DNA of 64,000 bases from Fonticula alba ATCC 38817 (lineage: Eukaryota; Protista; Nucleariida). The stretch is taken from assembly GCA_000388065.2 (NCBI GenBank), contig KB932204.1, one strand, 5' to 3'. Position numbers and translations under genes: made by a program. The notes under the pieces are model-generated. The model did no database searches, was not told where the DNA came from, and saw only the letters and a program-made list of their open reading frames with translations. This document shows, in pieces, positions 57,989 to 64,000 of this stretch (the stretch's first letter is position 1; every line of letters begins with the position of its first letter).

Positions 57989-60900
57989 CGCGAAGACTCC
58001 TATTGCTTTGTCGTTCGCTGTTCGGACGCACGCACGCACGGACGCACGCACGCACGCATTGGGGAGGATCTCCCGGTGCTGCGTGCTCTCTGGTCTGGTT
58101 TCACGGCTCTGCTGACACACGACCATCCTTCGCTTTCGGCCCATTCTCCAGCACTCAAGTGCCCCGAGCCTGTCGGACCTGGGTAGCTCGGCGCGTTTTT
58201 CCGCATCCGACGACGCACTCGATATCATTGGTTCCTTCGGCGCGGTGGCCGTGCGTTCCTTCGACCAGAACGCCCTGGAGGTCCTGTGCGAGCTCCTGGA
58301 GTCGCCCTATTGCGCCAGCTCCGAGGTATGGACACTTCGCTATTTCACCCTCTTGGCGCCCGGTCCCGGCATCGACTCTAACCAATGCCCCCCCCCCCCC
58401 CCGCCCCCTCAATGCTCGGGACTCTCCATCAGCCCTATTTCCACATGCAGCGCTCCGTCTCCAAGGGCCTGCTGGACATCCTGCAGGTGGCCTTTGACCT
58501 GAATCAGATCGGTCAGACCCATCACCTTATCCGCCTGCATGAGGCGGTCTTCACCTTCTCGCCGGCCCTGTGCAAGATCTACTGGGAGCAGGTGGGTTTG
58601 CTCTCGCTCTCTTCTCTTTCCGCCGCTCCCCTACCTCTCTCTGGACCTCTCCCGGTCTCCGCTCTTTCCTCTGCATCTACTCACCCCTCAAGCGCGCGCG
58701 TCGTTTATCCTCCCCCCTCTCTCTCCCCCCCCCCTTTCCCCGGCCTTGCATTTGTGCACAGGACTTCGCCAACCTCAAACTCCAGTCACTGCTGGTCCTG
58801 GCCACGGAGCGCCTTCTCCACCAGGACAATCCGACGTTCTTCCTCCAGGCGCTGGCGGCCCTGTGCGGCCATCACCTGCATGCGGCCACGGTGACCCGGT
58901 TCCTGGCCGAGCCACTGGTCCTGCCCGGCACCCAGGGCGACATCTCCAATGCGCCGGCCGGGTGGCAGTACATTGCGCACTTGCTGCACCTGACCCATGC
59001 CAATCTGGGGGCCATCCAGCCCTGGGTTGGGCCGCTGCTGACGATGCTGCGGCACTGCCTTGCGGCCCCTGGCGACGGCCCGGCCCATGTGGCCGGACTT
59101 CTGGACCGGTACCTGCAGTCGCAGTGTCTGTTGAATATCCTGGTGGACGTGATCAATGTCTTTGTCCGGGGTCTGACGCAGCACAGCGGTGTCGGCGGCG
59201 GCGGCGGCAGTGTCGGTGTCGGCACGGCCGGCGGCATTTCCCTTGCCGGGGTTCTGACGCAGCAGGTTGACCTCGGGACCCGGGCGCCGGGGCTGGGCAA
59301 TCTGTCCGGCATGTCGGTGTTGGGCTTCGGCTCGGCCGGAGGAGACCTCGGCGGGCCGGCCGGGCGCCGGCACCATTACGACATCCAGGATGCCCTGGGC
59401 ACCCTGGCCCGGGCCATTGAATGTGTGGCCCTGCTATTGCCATACTATCCGGATGAGCTGGTCTGGGGCGGGCGCCTGGTGGCGGCTTCGACGTCGGCTC
59501 TGGTGCCGGCCAACCTGCCGGGGCACATCAACCACAAGCTCTTCGAGAAGGAGAGTGTGTATGGGACGTGTGCGCTGGCGCAGGCGTTCGCGGATTTCAC
59601 GCTTGCGGTGGCCCGACGGGCGTACGGCCACCCGGGCGGCATGGCCGCCACCCACCCGACGAGCCGGGGCCCCTATGCGCAGGTGTCTATGGAGTTCACC
59701 CGGCGCTTGGCACTCTTCTGTGTCCGGCATCTGTTCATCGGTCATGCCAACTGGCGCTACCAGCGGCCGGCTGATCGGTACTGTCTGGCCTTCTCGCTCC
59801 TCGGCTTGCTGGCCTATTGTCTGACGGTGGCCGAGCCGCCGCCGCCGCCGGCCAGCGGGGCCGCGGCCGCGGCCGGGCCCGGCCCCGGAGCCGGGGTCTC
59901 CAGTGGATCTGCCAACCGGCGCCCGGCTAATACCATTCCCCTGTCCCTGTCGGGCGAGAAGCGCTTGCGACTGGCGTCTTCAAGCGCCCCGGCTGGCTAT
60001 GGGCCGGTGATGCTGCAAATCAGCCGGGAGGCCGATGTGGCAGTCCCCGGGACGAGCCGGGCTGTGTCTGCGGCGACGCCCAGCCTGGCCGAGCTGCTGG
60101 CCCAGGATTCCAACCACCGGCCCATCATGGAGCAGGTGGTCAGCTACACGATGTTGAGCTCCCTGGGGAAGGCCGCCGCCGGTGCTTCCTCTTCCTCTTC
60201 CTCCGGCGCCGGAGCCAGCTCTTTCTCGGCGCCGCCGAGCTTCTGCCCGCTGGCGGTGCACCTGCTGGTGGTGGATGCGCCGGAGCTGGCTCCCTTGGAC
60301 ATGCTGGCGGCCCTGGAGCGGCACAGCCCGGGAGTCGGCACGGCTGCCACGCATGGGGGATTCACCGCCTTGGCCACGGTGTCGCTGTTGCCGACGGAGC
60401 TGGCGCCGGTGGCCTTCCGTGTGTTGACGCTCCTGTGTCAGCGCTTTGCGGCCATGCCGCGGCCGGTGTCGCTGCTGGCATCCTTCGGCACGCAGCCGCA
60501 TCGGCTGTGCATGTACATCGCCGCGGTGTTTGCCCTGACCGAGGCCGAGCGGGCTGGCATTCGGGCTCTCACACAGGGGGGCGAGCGCCTGGACATGAAT
60601 GCGCAGCCGGCCCCGGCGGTCGGGCCGCGCCAGCTGGCCGGTCGCCTGCAGACCCAGGTGGCGGGATTCCTGTCGGCGGTGCTGGACTCGCAGCCGGCCC
60701 TTGCCAGTCTGTTGCTGACCGGGACCGGGGACACGGTGCCGAACTCCCCGCTGTCGGAGCGCCTTTCGCGTTTGCATTCGGTCGGAGCGGGCTGCTCGCC
60801 GGCGGTGGCTGCTGCGGTGGAGGCGGCCGAGGCGGCGGTGTCTGCGGCGGCCGCGGCCTCTACGGCCACCGCCGAGTCTGAAGTCTCCGGCGCCTATGCC

Positions 60901-63900
60901 GAGTCGGTGGCGGCCCTGCGGGCGTCGCCCCTGCCTCCGGTGCATGGTCTCAGTGACATCAGTTGCATTCAGCCACTGGCGCACCATCTTGTGGGCCGGA
61001 CCATCACGTATGTGCCGGGGCGCACCTGCTCAGTGTTCCGCGTTGCTGGGTATTCCTTCTCGTTGCCTGCTTGTCTGACCTTCCCTTCCCTTCCCTTCTT
61101 CTTCTTCTCTCCCTCCCCCCCCCTCTCTCTCTCTCTCTCTCTTTCTCTCCGTCTTGCCACCCTCCCCCCTCTTCCAACGACAGCGCACCCACTCGCCAGA
61201 CAGATTCGGCCGAGGCCTGTCTGCAGTTCTTCGAGCGCCTTTGGTACTCGGCCAACTTCGCCCCGTATGTCAAGTGCATCCGCGCATATGGCCTCTTCTG
61301 GCAGGCGATCGAAATTCTGATCCTGTCGCGCGGCTCGGTCCTGGCCCCGGTGGATGCCTCGATGCTGGCGGCGGGGCCCGAGAGCTCCGGCTCTCCGGCG
61401 GCTGATGATGCGGATGTAGATGCGGATGCCGCTGCGAATGCAGACGCCGACATCGATGTCGACGCCCTGGATGACGAGTCCGCTTGGGAGGAATGCAACA
61501 CCCATCTGGATGACAGCTTCCACGACAGTGACTTCTACAGCTCCTCCGAGGACGAGACCGAGACCGGGAATACCATGGCGACCTTGAGGCGCTCACCGCC
61601 GAAGAAGGCCAGCACCCCGGGCCGGCGCCCGGTCTCGGCCGGGCCCCGTGCGCCGGTGGTTCCGCCAACCGTGCCCTCCTCCCTGCGGCACTCGGTGTCG
61701 GTCGATGCGTCTGATGGCATGGCCGAGGCCGATGACAATGCGATCGATCAGCTGGCATCCCTGCTGGAGACGGTGGCCTCGGCGTCCGACGTCCGGGGCC
61801 CGGCTGCGCAGGCTCTGTCGGCGCGTGGGGCCTGTGCTCGGCAGGCGGCCCTGGCCATGGGGATTGTGGCCACCGACCTGCGGCTGTTCCCTGCCCGGGC
61901 CAGCGGCGCCCTGGCATCTGGTGGCATGGGCGACTCGGATGTCGCAGCCATCGAAGCCCACCGCGGGCGCATCCTGGCGCACCTGCTGGATCTGGATTGG
62001 ACGCGGACCTGGCTGCAAAATCTGCTAGTGACCCTGGTTCTGGTGGAGAAGGCGCTCAAGTGCCGGACCCCCGGTGGCGCCGGGACTGAGCAGTTGTCCA
62101 CCTTTGCCCAGGCCCTGACCGAGCAGATTGTCTCCTGGGCCGGGCTGCTGGAGACGGCGGTGCTCGGTCAGCCGTGGCTCTTTTCGGCGGCCCCGGCCTC
62201 CAGCAGCTCCACCACGCCGATTGTGGGCCTGATCAACTTGCTGATCGACCTGCTGGAGGAGTGCCCGCTGCTGGGGCACCTCCAGCTGGGGCTTCTGCCC
62301 GAGGCATGGGATTCCCCTCTGGGCCGGGCGCATGCGCAGCACCGGCTGGCGGTGGATCGCCTCCAGCAGACCCTTTACTTCCTGGTGGATCGGCTCCTGT
62401 CCCCGGAGCAGGGCGATCACTTTGACCGTGTGGATGGTCGCTGGCCACTGGCCGGACGCATCCTCCACCGGCTGGCCGGGCTGCTGGAGGTCATGGCCCC
62501 GGTGGGTGTGTCCGGGTGCGGGACTGGGCCGTTGGTCCCGGCCGCGGAGGATGCCCATTGGCTGGCTCCGGTGGCTTCGGACCGGTGCCCGGCATCCGGC
62601 CGCGCGGGTCTCATGTCCCCGGGGCTGGTGCTGGCGGCCGAGGGGGAGCATGGCGGAAGCCCGGTCGAGCTGGCGGCCCCGCAGGTGCTGGCCTGCTATG
62701 GCTCGGTGCTGACCCTCTTCCGGCGGTTGTTGGTGCACCTGTCGACCACTGGTGACAATGGCTCCGGGCCCAGCAGCGGAGCTGGTGCCGGTGCCAGCGA
62801 CATGGCGGCCAGCATGCGCGCCGCGGCGGTGCGACTCCTGCCCGGGGTGCTGGTGGCCTTGGGGCTGTTGCTGGCACGGCCGCCGGTCTCGGTGGATCGG
62901 CCGGCCGTCACGGCCGACGGTCAGCCGCTGCTGATGAGCACTCCCGGCTGTGCCGGGTCGCAGTTCCTGCTGCTGCTGCCGCTGCTGGCGGCTTGTGCCC
63001 GGGGGATGGCCACAGCCGGTCCGGAAGCCTGGACCGGCTCGGTCCCGGCGATGGCCGTGGCTCACGCCCACGCCGACCTACTGGAGCCGCTGCTGGATCT
63101 GGCGGCCAAGTCGGTGGCGGAATGTGCCCTGGACTTCGGCCCGCATCATGGGCTGGCGGTGTTTGACTATCTGCTGGCCCTGCTCTCGGTGCCGGCATCG
63201 GTCAGCCCGGACAGCGACAGCAGCCCCCCCACCGGTGCCAGCCAGTGCTCGGCCGAGGGCATCCCCTCGAGGCGGGTGCTGCTGGCGCCGCTGGAGCGTC
63301 TGCTAGCGGCGCGGGTGCTGCCGCAATTGTCGCTGCTGCTGCCGCGCCTGACGGACGCGGTGAACGAGCGCCTTGGTCGCCTGTGTCAGCTGGTGGATGT
63401 GCTTGGGCCCGGTGGCTCGGCGAGCGCCAGCCCGGCCAGCCTGCCCGGCGTGCCGTCGCAGGATCTTTTGCTGTCGGAGGTTGTGGCCGATGCCTCGGCC
63501 GGGACTTGGATCGACGCCCTGCGGACGTTGGTGGATCTGGCGGCCGGCTTGAATGGGCACACATTGACGGCCCTGGCTGTCGGGGGCCCCCTGGGCTCGG
63601 GCTCGGGCTCGAGCCGGGCCGGCTCCTTCACGGAGGCTTTCGAATTCCTGGACCAGATGGTGAGCTTCGTGACGGCCCTCCTGCCGGCGCTGCAGCAATT
63701 CGTCATGCCCCTGTCGCCGATGGACTCCAGGGCGGTGCAGCCCGGGGCGGCGGCCGAGTCGGCCGGGTCGGTGGCTGGCCCCGGGTCCGTATCCCACATG
63801 GATGCCCCTTTGCTGGGGGTGTCCTCCCCGGGGGCTGACAGCCCGCGGCTCATCCGCTCGGAGCTGGCCCTTCGCCGGTCGCATGTGGCCTTTGTGTTTG

Positions 63901-64000
63901 CCTTCGGCAAGATGCTCATGTCCCTGGGACAGGTGTTTTCGCCGGCGGCGCTGGATCCCCGGCTGCAGGCCCGCGCGGCGGGCATCCTGCGCAATGCTGG
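56924..64000 (+). CDS. NUP188: Large alpha-solenoid nucleoporin, Nup188-like; multi-exon, truncated by the window end
   Basis: A very long Leu/Ala-rich helical reading frame. FCVRHLFIGHANWRYQRPADRYCLAFSLLGLLAYCL resembles the Nup188 HxxWRY block as recalled. The final exon is open from about 61204 to the window end. Confidence 0.62.

Noticed and set aside
11-64000. Hundreds of long Pro/Gly/Arg/Ala-rich ORFs in the six-frame track
   Set aside because: These are expected shadow ORFs in very GC-rich DNA, mostly antisense or off-frame to the spliced genes, with no motifs.
25709-64000. Functional gene cluster of nuclear or DNA-maintenance genes (ORC6, KU70, REXO1, NUP188)
   Set aside because: They are interspersed with unrelated genes in mixed orientation, and nothing indicates co-regulation.

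Overview
GC-rich, intron-containing eukaryotic genomic DNA from a draft scaffold with eight N gaps. The gene content and style (GTGCGY donors, poly-C/(CA)n-filled introns, Akr1-type DHYC enzyme) suggest a unicellular opisthokont such as Fonticula; this is inference, not database-checked. I reconstructed spliced models by hand for about 13 protein genes: SMCR8 (743-6912), a 7TM receptor-like protein (14027-16082), a membrane-anchored PhoD phosphatase (17727-20433), ankyrin-DHYC palmitoyltransferase AKR1 (21916-25196), ORC6 carrying an AT-hook (25709-27642), Ku70 (minus), a GT92-like glycosyltransferase (minus), a small GPI-anchored Cys-rich protein, DGAT2 (minus), a Myb/SANT-like factor, a micro-exon coiled-coil protein (minus), an MCFD2-like EF-hand protein and a REXO1/Rex3-like exonuclease (minus), plus a Nup188-like nucleoporin running off the right edge and one tRNA-Asp(GTC). 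Most ORFs in the supplied track are GC-driven shadow ORFs. The main unexplained items are a hairpin-dense, compositionally distinct island at about 7.0-7.95 kb spanning a gap, an AT-hook inside Orc6, and a roughly 6 kb G-tract-rich gene-free region upstream of the 7TM gene.
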